64,000 bases of DNA from Eubacteriales bacterium (lineage in GTDB: Bacteria; Bacillota; Clostridia; Oscillospirales; CAG-272). This document shows positions 53,341 through 62,600 of the stretch, piece after piece. The translations under genes were made by a program, and so were the position numbers. A model generated the notes under the pieces. It saw only the letters and a list, made by a program, of their open reading frames with translations. It searched no databases and had not been told where the DNA came from. The stretch spans positions 5,891 to 69,890 of the forward strand of contig JAZRGA010000071.1 of the NCBI GenBank assembly GCA_045643945.1. The letters run 5' to 3'. Numbering within the stretch: position 1 is the first letter of the stretch; every line of letters begins with the position of its first letter.

Positions 53341-53695
53341 TTCGACGGTCGAGCCGCCAATGTTTGCTCTGTACCCACGATTGAAAGTTTTGGTCAAGCT
53401 TTTTCAAAAGCTTGCGGGTCTGGGCAGCGCCCATAAAACGGCGTTTCTTTTTGCTAAGCCTTTTTCTTTGCGTCTTTTGTGTCAAAGAAAAAGCGGATAA
53501 GGGAGTTAGCTTGTGTTAGGAATTTTGCTACCTTTTTGAAAAAAGGTAGCGCCAAAAACTTTCAATCGGGGAATTTCAAATAACATAGTACGCTCGACGG
53601 TCGAGCCGCCAATGTTCGCACTGCAGTCCAAAGCCTTCTCCTTGAGGAGAAAGTGACACGACGAAGGAGTGACGGATGAGGTGCTATTTATCATT
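53341..53695. repeat. Composite of intergenic repeat modules (direct and inverted)
   Basis: See findings. Modules are shared with 3860-3933, 43970-44085 and 63928-64000. Perfect hairpins lie at 53395-53414, 53460-53493 and 53527-53550. A 16-bp closing stem pairs 53378-53393 with 53552-53568. Confidence 0.85.
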
Positions 53696-53702
53696 TAAAC
53701 AA

Positions 53703-53775
53703 ACAAAAAAGGTGTTGTTGCCTTTGCTTTAGATTAAGCGGTTGGCAAACAAACACCTTTGTTTTTTGTTTGATT
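53703..53775 (-). terminator. Long-stem terminator after 53780..54694
   Basis: AAAGGTGTTGTTGCC...GGCAAACAAACACCTTT, followed by a T-tract on the minus strand. Confidence 0.6.
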
Positions 53776-53779
53776 TTAA

Positions 53780-54694
53780 TTAATTTTCAGATGCTAATTC
53801 TTTTTCCTTTAATTTTAATTGCTCCTTGCGTGATAGGTTATTTTCGCAAACGCAAAGCGCTATATGAGTCATAAAGCAGATTGCGGCAAGAACGGTAAAG
53901 AGCGCAGGATTAAAGGGAAGATTTCCCGAATAAAGCAGATGTACGGTATAGATTAACGGAATTGCCGAAAGTATTGCATCTATAAAATATACGTTATAGA
54001 AAACGGTGGCAATTACAAATATTATAAGGAACATCCAGCCAAGCTTGGTAACGATTTCAATGCTTTCGGGCTTTGTCATTTTGAATGCAAGCTCTTTAAA
54101 TATCGGAATTCTGTCGTTTACACCCTCAATCGGTATTTTATCTGCAATCTTAGTGCAAAGCAGACAAAATGCGGCGGGAAATAGCAAGGATATCTTTGCG
54201 CAGACCCATACCCTATGCCGTCCGTCCTCTTTATCCCTTACTATACATTCATAAATATTACCCGCAACGTGTAAAGCGCCCGCTATAAGGAAAAGTCCTA
54301 CCTGCGTATATAAGCGCTCCTTGGTGAAAAGATAGGTTATTTCTACCGCGGGGATAATAGAGAAGAAGAACGGAATGTAGGGAAGCCTTTTGAAGATAAT
54401 TCCCACTATAACCGATACTGCAAGAGTAAGAACTAAAATTGCGAGCAATCGGTAATCATATTCATTTATAAGCTCGGGAGTAAAAAACTGACTCAGCTTA
54501 CTCGGGGCTTCTGTAACCGCTTCGGTGACTGTATCGGTGGCGTCGCTTGAATATTTTAATTCGTTTGAAATCCACTCGATATATTCTTTATCGTCAAGCG
54601 GTTGAAAGGTCATATATTTCTGCAATAGGAACAATCCGCCAACAAATGCGGCAATTCCTGCGCAGAAATCGGTTAATTTTTTTAAAAGACTCAT
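53780..54694 (-). CDS. Polytopic membrane protein of unknown function
   Basis: 304 aa with about 8 hydrophobic helices. Confidence 0.5.
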   Translation of the reverse strand: MSLLKKLTDFCAGIAAFVGGLFLLQKYMTFQPLDDKEYIEWISNELKYSSDATDTVTEAVTEAPSKLSQFFTPELINEYDYRLLAILVLTLAVSVIVGIIFKRLPYIPFFFSIIPAVEITYLFTKERLYTQVGLFLIAGALHVAGNIYECIVRDKEDGRHRVWVCAKISLLFPAAFCLLCTKIADKIPIEGVNDRIPIFKELAFKMTKPESIEIVTKLGWMFLIIFVIATVFYNVYFIDAILSAIPLIYTVHLLYSGNLPFNPALFTVLAAICFMTHIALCVCENNLSRKEQLKLKEKELASEN

Positions 54695-54820
54695 TGTAAA
54701 AAATCTCTGCTCCGTTGTTTTGACGTTACTTTATTATACAACAAGAGAGCGCTTTTTTCAATAGTTTTTTTGCAAGAGGTAATAAAAGTGTAAATAATTT
54801 TTAAAAATATGAAAAAAAGA

Positions 54821-54849
54821 TTGCAAAATTTTGGTTTAAATGTTATAAT
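54821..54849 (+). promoter_or_regulatory. Sigma-A type promoter for the galK-like gene
   Basis: TTGCAA, a 17-nt spacer, then TATAAT. Confidence 0.45.
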
Positions 54850-54887
54850 GAACTGATAAAATTTTTTATTTTTATAGGAGAAATGCT

Positions 54888-56171
54888 ATGAATACTTTAC
54901 AAATGAAAAAATATATTGCCGACGGAGGCATTAATGCAACGCTCACACATATTTACGGCGAGGCTGCTATTGATATGCAGAAGGCGCGCTATTCTGCCGC
55001 TATCGATGAATTTGCCGCAATATACGGAGCAGACAGAGAGATAACTCTTTACTCGGTTGCAGGCAGAAGCGAGCTTTCGGGTAACCACACCGACCACAAC
55101 TGCGGATGCGTTGTTGCGGCATCTATAGACCTTGACATAATTGCGGTCGCTTCTAAGCGTGACGATAACGTAATCGCTATCAAGAGTGAGGGCTTCCCCG
55201 AGGACGTAGTTGATTTTGAAAGCTACAACGCTCCCGTTGAGAGCAAGTTTGGCTCGTCTGCATCTATAATTGCGGGAATGGTTCAAGGATTCCTTAAGGA
55301 CGGCTATGCGGTTGGCGGATTTGACGCATATACCACGTCAAACGTACTTAAGGGCTCGGGACTTTCATCCTCTGCGGCTTTTGAGGATATGGTCGGAAAC
55401 ATACTCAGTCATATGTATAACGATGGCAAGGTTGATAACGTAGAGATAGCAAAGCTTGCTCAGTATGCCGAAAACGTATTCTTCGGTAAGCCCTGCGGAC
55501 TTATGGACCAGGTTGCTTGCGCGGTAGGCGGAATAGTTGCTATCGACTTTAAAGACCCCAAAGCCCCCGTTATAAACAAGGTAGACTTTGATATTTCTGC
55601 CGCAGGATATAATCTTTGTATCGTAAATACAGGTGGAAACCACGCAGATCTTACCGACGATTATGCATCTGTTCCCGCGGAAATGAAGTCGGTTGCCGCT
55701 TACTTTGGCAAGTCGGTTCTCCGTGAGGTTGATGAGGATGAATTTTTTGCAAGCATTGCCGCTTTGCGTGAGAGCGTAGGCGACAGAGCAGTGCTTCGCG
55801 CGCTTCACTTCTTCGGTGAGAACAAGAGAGTTGCGGCTCAGAGAGCGGCTCTTGACGCAAGCGACCTTGACGCATATTTCGTTGAGGTTCTCGCATCGGG
55901 TAAATCATCATTCTGCTACTTGCAGAACGTATATACAACTAAAAATCTTAAGGAGCAGGGACTCTCTCTTGCACTCTGCCTTGCAGACGGATATCTTGCG
56001 GGCAAGAAGGCGGCGTACAGAGTTCACGGCGGCGGCTTTGCGGGAACTATTCAGGCATACGTTCCTATGGAGGACGTTGACGGCTTCAGAGCGCTTATGG
56101 ACGGTGTATTTGGCGAGGGTAAGTGCATAGTTCTTCGTATTCGTCCCGAGGGTGCGGTTAGAATAGCATAA
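54888..56171 (+). CDS. galK: GHMP-family sugar kinase, galactokinase-like
   Basis: 427 aa. GRSELSGNHTDHN is a galactokinase signature variant. GHMP motif GSGLSSSAAFE. Confidence 0.7.
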   Translation: MNTLQMKKYIADGGINATLTHIYGEAAIDMQKARYSAAIDEFAAIYGADREITLYSVAGRSELSGNHTDHNCGCVVAASIDLDIIAVASKRDDNVIAIKSEGFPEDVVDFESYNAPVESKFGSSASIIAGMVQGFLKDGYAVGGFDAYTTSNVLKGSGLSSSAAFEDMVGNILSHMYNDGKVDNVEIAKLAQYAENVFFGKPCGLMDQVACAVGGIVAIDFKDPKAPVINKVDFDISAAGYNLCIVNTGGNHADLTDDYASVPAEMKSVAAYFGKSVLREVDEDEFFASIAALRESVGDRAVLRALHFFGENKRVAAQRAALDASDLDAYFVEVLASGKSSFCYLQNVYTTKNLKEQGLSLALCLADGYLAGKKAAYRVHGGGFAGTIQAYVPMEDVDGFRALMDGVFGEGKCIVLRIRPEGAVRIA

Positions 56172-56193
56172 AACAATCTGCAAGGAGGCAGCT

Positions 56194-56685
56194 ATGGAAG
56201 ACAAGAAAAAGGATAATGCGGCGCTTGACGTAGGCTCTGCGGAGAAGGACTCCGAGTCTGTAAGCCAAGGTAAAAGCACCGACAAAAGGAAGCTTGATAA
56301 AAAGCGACGTATATATCTGATTTCAACTGTCGGACTTTCTGCCTTCTTTTGCGCTTTTTACTATTGTTCAATGGAAATATCAAGCCGAAGCATAGAGCTT
56401 TATTATTTCTTTCCTGCGGTAATGTTCGTTTATATGGCGTCGCTTGCGATACTGTTTGTAGCTTACATAATTTACAATCGCGGATTTTCACGCAAGGGCG
56501 TTACCGTCGATATGCTACCGTCGGAGTGGAGCGAGGAGAAAAAGCTTGAATTTATCGAAAACGGAAAGGTAAGATTAGAGAAATCCAAGTGGCTTTTGAT
56601 ATTTATTATTTCGCTTATGTTTACCTTTATTGCGGAGGCCTTTGCTCTTTTCGTGTTCCCGATGATTGAGGGGATTTGGCGGTAA
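56194..56685 (+). CDS. Small membrane protein of unknown function (3 TM)
   Basis: 163 aa. AAGGAGG lies before the ATG. Confidence 0.5.
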   Translation: MEDKKKDNAALDVGSAEKDSESVSQGKSTDKRKLDKKRRIYLISTVGLSAFFCAFYYCSMEISSRSIELYYFFPAVMFVYMASLAILFVAYIIYNRGFSRKGVTVDMLPSEWSEEKKLEFIENGKVRLEKSKWLLIFIISLMFTFIAEAFALFVFPMIEGIWR

Positions 56686-56706
56686 TTAATAAAATTCAGT
56701 AAAAAT

Positions 56707-57504
56707 ATGAAAAACGTAAAAATATATACACTTTATTCCGGCTCAAGCGGAAATTCGACCTTTATTCGTGTTGGGGAGAGCGCTATACTTATAGATGCCG
56801 GAAGAAACGCAAAGGCGCTTCGAAACGCCCTTGCCGAGATAGGCGAGGATATAAGCGCTATAAATGCGATATTTATTACTCACGAGCATTCCGACCATAT
56901 TTCGGCGCTTGAGGTAATATCAAAGAAAAACGATATTCCGATATATATGACGAGTCAATCGGCAATTAAAATTCCGAATAGCTCTCCCGTAAGAGCGCAC
57001 CTCTGCGAGAGAAGCATACTTTTTAGTGAGGATATTGGAGAAATGCATATAAGCTCCTTTCAAACCTCACACGACAGTCTTATGAGCGTCGGATATAAAA
57101 TCGAATATAACGATGACGATGGCGCTCACGCTATCGGATACGCAACCGATACGGGATATATTTCCGACGGTATTCGTTCGGTATTGCTCGGATGCGAGGC
57201 GGTTGTGCTTGAGTGCAATCACGATATCGATATGCTTATGAGAGGGCCTTATACTCCCGACCTTAAGCGACGTGTTGCGTCACGCAGAGGACATCTTTCG
57301 AACGTAGATTGCGCCGATTTTTCGCTTGAGCTTGTAAAAAGCGGAACGCGCGGAATTTTGCTTGCTCACTTAAGCCGAGAAAATAACGACCCCGTTATCG
57401 CATTTGATGCGGTAAGCAACGCAATTTCGGGATTTGACGTTAGCCTTGCGATTGCCGAGCCTTTTGCGCCTACCGAGCTTGTTATACCTAAGAAAGAGGG
57501 TTAA
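56707..57504 (+). CDS. MBL-fold metallo-hydrolase (YycJ/WalJ-like)
   Basis: HEHSDH motif. It sits directly upstream of rlmH, as yycJ does in Bacilli. Confidence 0.75.
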   Translation: MKNVKIYTLYSGSSGNSTFIRVGESAILIDAGRNAKALRNALAEIGEDISAINAIFITHEHSDHISALEVISKKNDIPIYMTSQSAIKIPNSSPVRAHLCERSILFSEDIGEMHISSFQTSHDSLMSVGYKIEYNDDDGAHAIGYATDTGYISDGIRSVLLGCEAVVLECNHDIDMLMRGPYTPDLKRRVASRRGHLSNVDCADFSLELVKSGTRGILLAHLSRENNDPVIAFDAVSNAISGFDVSLAIAEPFAPTELVIPKKEG

Positions 57505-57506
57505 AT

Positions 57507-57986
57507 ATGCTTAAAGTAAAGCTTATAACGGTTGGAAATCTTAAGGAGGAATATCTCCGCGAGGCGGCGGCTGAATATGAAAAGCGCCTCGGGGCATTTT
57601 GTCGCTTTGAGCTTGTTCAGCTTAAGGAGGAGCGACTCTCCGAGCAACCGAGCGCGGGTGAGATAAGGACTGCGCTTGAGAGAGAGGCGCAAAAGATATC
57701 CGAGCAAGTTTCAAGCTCTGCTTACCTTATAGCGCTTTGCGTTGAGGGAAAGCAGCTTTCCTCAGAGGAGCTTGCCGAAAAAATCGAGGCGATATCGATG
57801 GACAAGAGCGAGATATGCTTGGTTATAGGTAGCTCGTACGGACTTTCCGACTCGGTAAAGCAGAGAGCCGATATGCGACTTTCGGTTTCGAAATTAACCT
57901 TTCCGCATCAGCTTATGCGAGTTATTTTGCTTGAAGCGATATATCGCGCGTTCAATATCCAACGCGGCACGAAATACCATAAATAA
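57507..57986 (+). CDS. rlmH: 23S rRNA (pseudouridine1915-N3)-methyltransferase
   Basis: 159 aa, SPOUT fold. IGSSYGLS and a C-terminus ending GTKYHK. Confidence 0.9.
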   Translation: MLKVKLITVGNLKEEYLREAAAEYEKRLGAFCRFELVQLKEERLSEQPSAGEIRTALEREAQKISEQVSSSAYLIALCVEGKQLSSEELAEKIEAISMDKSEICLVIGSSYGLSDSVKQRADMRLSVSKLTFPHQLMRVILLEAIYRAFNIQRGTKYHK

Positions 57987-58003
57987 AAATTAAGGAGCAT
58001 TTT

Positions 58004-58993
58004 ATGATAAACGCAAAAAAATATGCAATTATAGATTTACACCTGCACCTTGACGGCTCTATGTCGCTTGAGTGCGCTCGCTCTTTGGCAAAAAAGCAGG
58101 GAATATCTCTGCCCGATGACAAAGAGCTTTTGAGCAGACTTCGTGTAAGCGATGATTGCCGTGACCTTAATGAATATCTTGAGAGATTTGACCTTCCGCT
58201 TAGCTTGTTGCAGACCGCAGAGGCGATAAGTGAGTCAGTTGAGCGCCTTTGTAACGAGCTTCAATCACAGGGCTTGATTTATGCCGAGATACGCTTTGCG
58301 CCTCAGCTTCATCTTCAAAAGGGGCTTACCCAGGAGGAGGTAGTTTTGGCGGCTATCGAGGGACTTAATCGCTCTGACTTTTTTGCATCGCTTATACTTT
58401 GCTGTATGAGAGGGGCAGATAACCGTGAGGCAAATATCGAAACGGTGCGCCTTGTAAAGAAATATCTCGAAAAGGGAGTTTGCGCGGTCGACCTTGCGGG
58501 CGCGGAGGCATTGTTCCCCAACGAGGGATTTGTCGACGTTATAAATTACGCTCGCTCGCTTTCACTTCCTATGACTCTCCACGCAGGCGAGGCGCTTGGA
58601 GCGGATAGCGTTGCCTCGGCAATCGAGCTTGGCGCAGACAGAATAGGACACGGCGTGCGCTCTATTGAGAATCCCGAAATTTTAAAGAGTCTTGCAGAAA
58701 AGAAAATTCCGCTTGAGCTTTGTCCGACGAGCAATCTCAATACACGTGTTTTTGATGAGCTTTCGGAATATCCTATTCGTACATTCCTTAATGCAGGTAT
58801 TGTGATAACCGTTAATACCGATAATACGTCGGTTTCTTCAACCTCGCTTGCTAATGAATATCAAAAGCTTGCGGATACATTTTTTTTAACAGAGGACGAG
58901 CTTCAAGCACTTGCTTTAAATTCGGCTTATGCAACGTTCCTTTGCGATTCAGATAAAGAAAAGCTTATAGAAAAGATAAAATTGAAATTTTAA
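58004..58993 (+). CDS. add: Adenosine deaminase
   Basis: DLHLHLDGS, HAGE and TVNTDN motifs. Confidence 0.9.
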   Translation: MINAKKYAIIDLHLHLDGSMSLECARSLAKKQGISLPDDKELLSRLRVSDDCRDLNEYLERFDLPLSLLQTAEAISESVERLCNELQSQGLIYAEIRFAPQLHLQKGLTQEEVVLAAIEGLNRSDFFASLILCCMRGADNREANIETVRLVKKYLEKGVCAVDLAGAEALFPNEGFVDVINYARSLSLPMTLHAGEALGADSVASAIELGADRIGHGVRSIENPEILKSLAEKKIPLELCPTSNLNTRVFDELSEYPIRTFLNAGIVITVNTDNTSVSSTSLANEYQKLADTFFLTEDELQALALNSAYATFLCDSDKEKLIEKIKLKF

Positions 58994-59003
58994 AAAAATA
59001 TGC

Positions 59004-59047
59004 GGGGTAAGAAAACCGATCAAGAGTTTTCTTACCCCACGTTTTTA
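59004..59047 (+). terminator. Intrinsic terminator after add
   Basis: Stem GGGGTAAGAAAAC/GTTTTCTTACCCC followed by a T-tract. Confidence 0.75.
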
Positions 59048-59072
59048 TGTGTTCAAAGTGTAAATTTGATTT

Positions 59073-59657
59073 TTACTTAAGAGCCGTGAGTGTATTGAAT
59101 ACGTTATTTACAAGAGTTGCATCAGCATTCGTTTCTGTAACAGTTACGGTGTATGTCTTGCTTCCTACAGTTACGATAAATAAGCTCTGCTTCATTGTAA
59201 CCGAGTTCATAGAAGCTGAGTAGGTTATTTTGACAATGTTTTTTATGTTGTCGTTTTTAGTTTTTGAAAGCTTGAAGTTTGAAATGCTCATTCCCGAAGC
59301 GCTCAACGATTGAGAAAAGAGTGTTTTGAGCTCGGATTCTTTTGCAGTTTCATAAAGGGTGTTCTTTGCTTCGTAAACTACTGTGATGTTGTTGCCTGCG
59401 CCTGTAGGATTTATGAGCTGAGTAACGTTACCTTCGGTTTTCTTCCAATCTGAAGGATATGCAAACGAAATGTCGCCGTTGTCAAATTTAGTATATCCCT
59501 TCGGAATTGCAGGCTTGGTAGTTGCATTATCCTTGGTTGCATCGGTGATCTTTGCATCGGTGTCTTTTTCATTTTCTTCACTGTTGCAAGAGCAAAGTGC
59601 AAAAAGTCCGCTGAAAATCATAGTTAAAATTAAGAGTGTGCAGATTAGTTTTTTCAT
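59073..59657 (-). CDS. Lipoprotein of unknown function (PsbP/DcrB-like fold is only a guess)
   Basis: ATG at 59657, 7 nt after AAGGAG. Lipobox FALCSC. Confidence 0.5.
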   Translation of the reverse strand: MKKLICTLLILTMIFSGLFALCSCNSEENEKDTDAKITDATKDNATTKPAIPKGYTKFDNGDISFAYPSDWKKTEGNVTQLINPTGAGNNITVVYEAKNTLYETAKESELKTLFSQSLSASGMSISNFKLSKTKNDNIKNIVKITYSASMNSVTMKQSLFIVTVGSKTYTVTVTETNADATLVNNVFNTLTALK

Positions 59658-59744
59658 AAAGAGTCTCCTTTTAAAATAATACACTTGTATTATAACACAA
59701 AAAAATGAAAAGTCAAGTGAATATTAAAAAATATATAAAAAATA

Positions 59745-59797
59745 TATAAAAAATAAGGGTGCGGTTTCAAATACGAATTTGAGATCGCACCCTTTAT
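59745..59797 (-). terminator. Intrinsic terminator after the J-domain/GLUG gene
   Basis: Minus strand: stem AAGGGTGCG...CGCACCCTT followed by a T-tract. Confidence 0.7.
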
Positions 59798-59823
59798 ATT
59801 AAATTGTGTTTGTAAATCAGATA

Positions 59824-62457
59824 TTAGCTAATTGTTCCGAAATGCTCAAGAGAAGGATTGTTTTCAACGGTATATGTTACTCTTACCGTTTCGTAGTTTT
59901 CGGGTGCTTTTGCCGTTGTACCGATTATTGCGCCAACTGCGCTTTTACCGCTGATAATGCCTCTTACCGTAACAGTTTCTATTTTGATGGGAAGTCTGTT
60001 TTTGGGATTTGCAAATAGACCTACTATTCCGCTGACCGAGGTACAGTTGCTTGCATTTATACCTGCCGTGGTAGTGCAGGCGTTGATTGCTGCATTATCC
60101 GTAGTTTTTAAGTATCCTATAATACCGCCAATCGAGTCACCGTTGGATACGTTGATAGCGCCTGCGCTGTCACATCCTGATATGCTTAATGTATTCATAC
60201 GCAAGCCCGATTGACTGAATACTCCGATAATTCCGCCAACACCCTTAGCAAGACCGCCGTCTACCGTTATTTTTCCGTCATTTTTGCAGTTGATGTATTC
60301 ACCCTTTCGGTCTGCCGTTGCGTTTACACCGACTATTCCGCCAACACCGTATCCGCTTTTTGCAAAAATATCTCCGCTATTAGTGCATCTCTCTGCCGCG
60401 TCAAGAAGTCCTGCAATACCGCCTAAGCCCGTAGCGCTTCTTTCAACGTCATAGCTTGTTGCGGTAATCGTTGCCGTATTATTACAGCCTATGCACTTTT
60501 CCGCAAGACCTGCAATACCGCCGACGTAGAAAAGACCGTTAACGCTTTGCTCATTGGTAATTCCGTTTAACGTGGTGTAATTTCCATGGCCGACAATACC
60601 GCCAACGTAGGAGTCACCCGTAATAACGCCAAGGTTCTGCGCCGATGTTATATTGACTGTGTAATCGTTCCAGCCGATAATACCGCCTGTATAGATTTTA
60701 CCCGTTACGCTTGCCTTGTTTACGTTGTTATCAACGGTAGCGCCACCACCCATACCGCCGCCGATGTGCATATAACCGATGATACCTGACGTGTAAGAGC
60801 CGCCGTTTATTTCACCGTTGTTTTCACATCCGATTATGCCGGTTACCTGGGGTCCCCAGCTTGTTGAATTTTCGATTTTACCGACTATACCGCCGCAGTA
60901 ATCAATTTTTGATGAAACCTTTGCGTTATTTATGCAATTCTTTACGTCAAAAATCTTTCCGTCACCGGGACTTGTAAGAGCTCCTACGATACCGCCTACC
61001 ATAGACGTTCCGGATACGTTACCGCTCGAGGTGCATCCGTCGATTATAGCGTCGCCGTTCTGTGCGGCACCGCCGAGAATACCGCCTACGCCGTTACCGC
61101 CTATAACTGTTCCGTCAAAGGAGCAATTACCGATTACCGAGTCTATATAGCCGGTAGCGCCGATAACACCACCGACTGCGGATGAGACTACGGACTCTAT
61201 TTTACCCGTAACCGTTATATTTTCAACAGAGCCGTTAAGAATACCCGCAAGCGCGCCTACCGATTCTGCGCTTGAAGTAAAGGATATCGAAACGTTTTCA
61301 AGCTTTAAATCGCTCACGGTAGCCTTTTCGCCTATCGTATCAAAAAGACCTGCATTTTTTGCGGTTAATTTTGTTATAGTAAGATTTTTAATTGTGTGAC
61401 CGTTACCGATAAGCTTGCCCTCAAAGCCTGCTATCGGTGTCCACTCTGTTCCGCTAAGGTCGATGTCGGAGTCAAGCAGATACGTTCCCTTGGGGTCGTT
61501 GGCTATCGATTTTAGGTCTTCAACGCTTGAAATAATAGTTGAATTGAGAACTGTAAGCTTGTGGTAGAGGTAAACACTGCCGTTATTTACGTTTATTTCT
61601 GCCTTTTGCTCCTCAAATTTCTCATAGTCTATGCTAACCATACCGTCACTAAGAGTAACCTTGACGTCCTTACCGTCTTTATCCTTGTAGGTAACGTAAT
61701 AATCAGACCAATTTAACTTAGCGCCCTTGATAACGGTTTTAGGGAGATTTGTGTCGGTTATCTGCATCGTGCGAGATTCTTTGTCCGCAGCCGCCTCGGA
61801 TTGTCTGTCCGATTCCATTCCCTCGTTAAAGCCTTCAACGCCTGCCATAATAGCTCCGATAAGTACGGGAATACCGATAAATATAGCAACAAGAGCTATA
61901 ATTACCGTTTTAACGAGCTTTCTTTTGCTTTCCGCCTCACGTCTTGCGTTTTCAGCCATATGAGCCTTCCATTCGGCTTCGGCGGCGCGTGCCTTTGCTT
62001 CTTCAGCCTCGCGTTCTGCGGTTCTTGCCTTTTGCTCGGCTCTTGCCTTTTCCTGCTCCGCTCTTTTCCTTTCTTGCTCGGCTTTTGCCTTTTCTTGCTC
62101 CGCCTTGGCGTTTTCCTGCTTTTGACGCGCCTGCTGCTCATAATAAGCTCTGCGAGCGCGCTCGTCATTTTGCCATTGTTCTTTTTCTGCTCGAGCCTTG
62201 TCCTCATCGGTTTCCTTGTGATTTATCCGCCTTATGTAACGGTTTATTTCTTCAAGATTGTCAAGCAAAAATTCCTTTGAGCTATTTATCTTTTTTTGCT
62301 TATCACGGAAAATTTCGTTGTTATTATGGTCGGGATGATAATGCAAGGAAAGCTTTTTGTAGCGGCTTTTGATTTCCTCTACGGTAAGCTCATGGGAGGT
62401 ATCAAATTCAAACTCATTTAAATTCAGCAAAAGCTGTGTTTCAAAATTTGTCATCAT
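59824..62457 (-). CDS. Bitopic membrane protein: N-terminal J-domain, charged coiled coil, one TM, and an extracytoplasmic GLUG-repeat domain
   Basis: 877 aa. HPD motif in KKLSLHYHPDHNN. (KAEQE/RAEQ)-rich stretch. TM VIIALVAIFIGIPVLIGAIMAGV. More than 15 GG(I/L)(I/V/A)G units. The post-TM module DLSGTEWTPI..GNGHTIKNL is paralogous to 8702..10360. Confidence 0.75.
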   Translation of the reverse strand: MMTNFETQLLLNLNEFEFDTSHELTVEEIKSRYKKLSLHYHPDHNNNEIFRDKQKKINSSKEFLLDNLEEINRYIRRINHKETDEDKARAEKEQWQNDERARRAYYEQQARQKQENAKAEQEKAKAEQERKRAEQEKARAEQKARTAEREAEEAKARAAEAEWKAHMAENARREAESKRKLVKTVIIALVAIFIGIPVLIGAIMAGVEGFNEGMESDRQSEAAADKESRTMQITDTNLPKTVIKGAKLNWSDYYVTYKDKDGKDVKVTLSDGMVSIDYEKFEEQKAEINVNNGSVYLYHKLTVLNSTIISSVEDLKSIANDPKGTYLLDSDIDLSGTEWTPIAGFEGKLIGNGHTIKNLTITKLTAKNAGLFDTIGEKATVSDLKLENVSISFTSSAESVGALAGILNGSVENITVTGKIESVVSSAVGGVIGATGYIDSVIGNCSFDGTVIGGNGVGGILGGAAQNGDAIIDGCTSSGNVSGTSMVGGIVGALTSPGDGKIFDVKNCINNAKVSSKIDYCGGIVGKIENSTSWGPQVTGIIGCENNGEINGGSYTSGIIGYMHIGGGMGGGATVDNNVNKASVTGKIYTGGIIGWNDYTVNITSAQNLGVITGDSYVGGIVGHGNYTTLNGITNEQSVNGLFYVGGIAGLAEKCIGCNNTATITATSYDVERSATGLGGIAGLLDAAERCTNSGDIFAKSGYGVGGIVGVNATADRKGEYINCKNDGKITVDGGLAKGVGGIIGVFSQSGLRMNTLSISGCDSAGAINVSNGDSIGGIIGYLKTTDNAAINACTTTAGINASNCTSVSGIVGLFANPKNRLPIKIETVTVRGIISGKSAVGAIIGTTAKAPENYETVRVTYTVENNPSLEHFGTIS

Positions 62458-62600
62458 ATTCTCCTATTATATATTTATTATATGGATAATTTTACCATAG
62501 GATTGTTTTTTTGTCAATAAAATACGCCGATATTGTCATAAATAATGTGAAAAAACGATAATATGTTTTTGAAAAGTATTTTTATTTTTAGGAGGAATTT

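Noticed and set aside
53378-53568. The ATTGAAAG / CTTTCAAT strings in the intergenic repeats resemble the conserved 3' handle of many type I/III CRISPR repeats.
   Set aside because: The copies are inverted rather than direct and are not regularly spaced. There are no spacer-like unique segments of constant length and no cas genes. The 8-nt similarity is probably coincidental.
55365-55808. 147-aa minus-strand ORF (and the nearby ORFs 55651..55938 and 55908..56285).
   Set aside because: They are antisense or frame shadows of the galK-like gene. They have no SD and an unremarkable composition.
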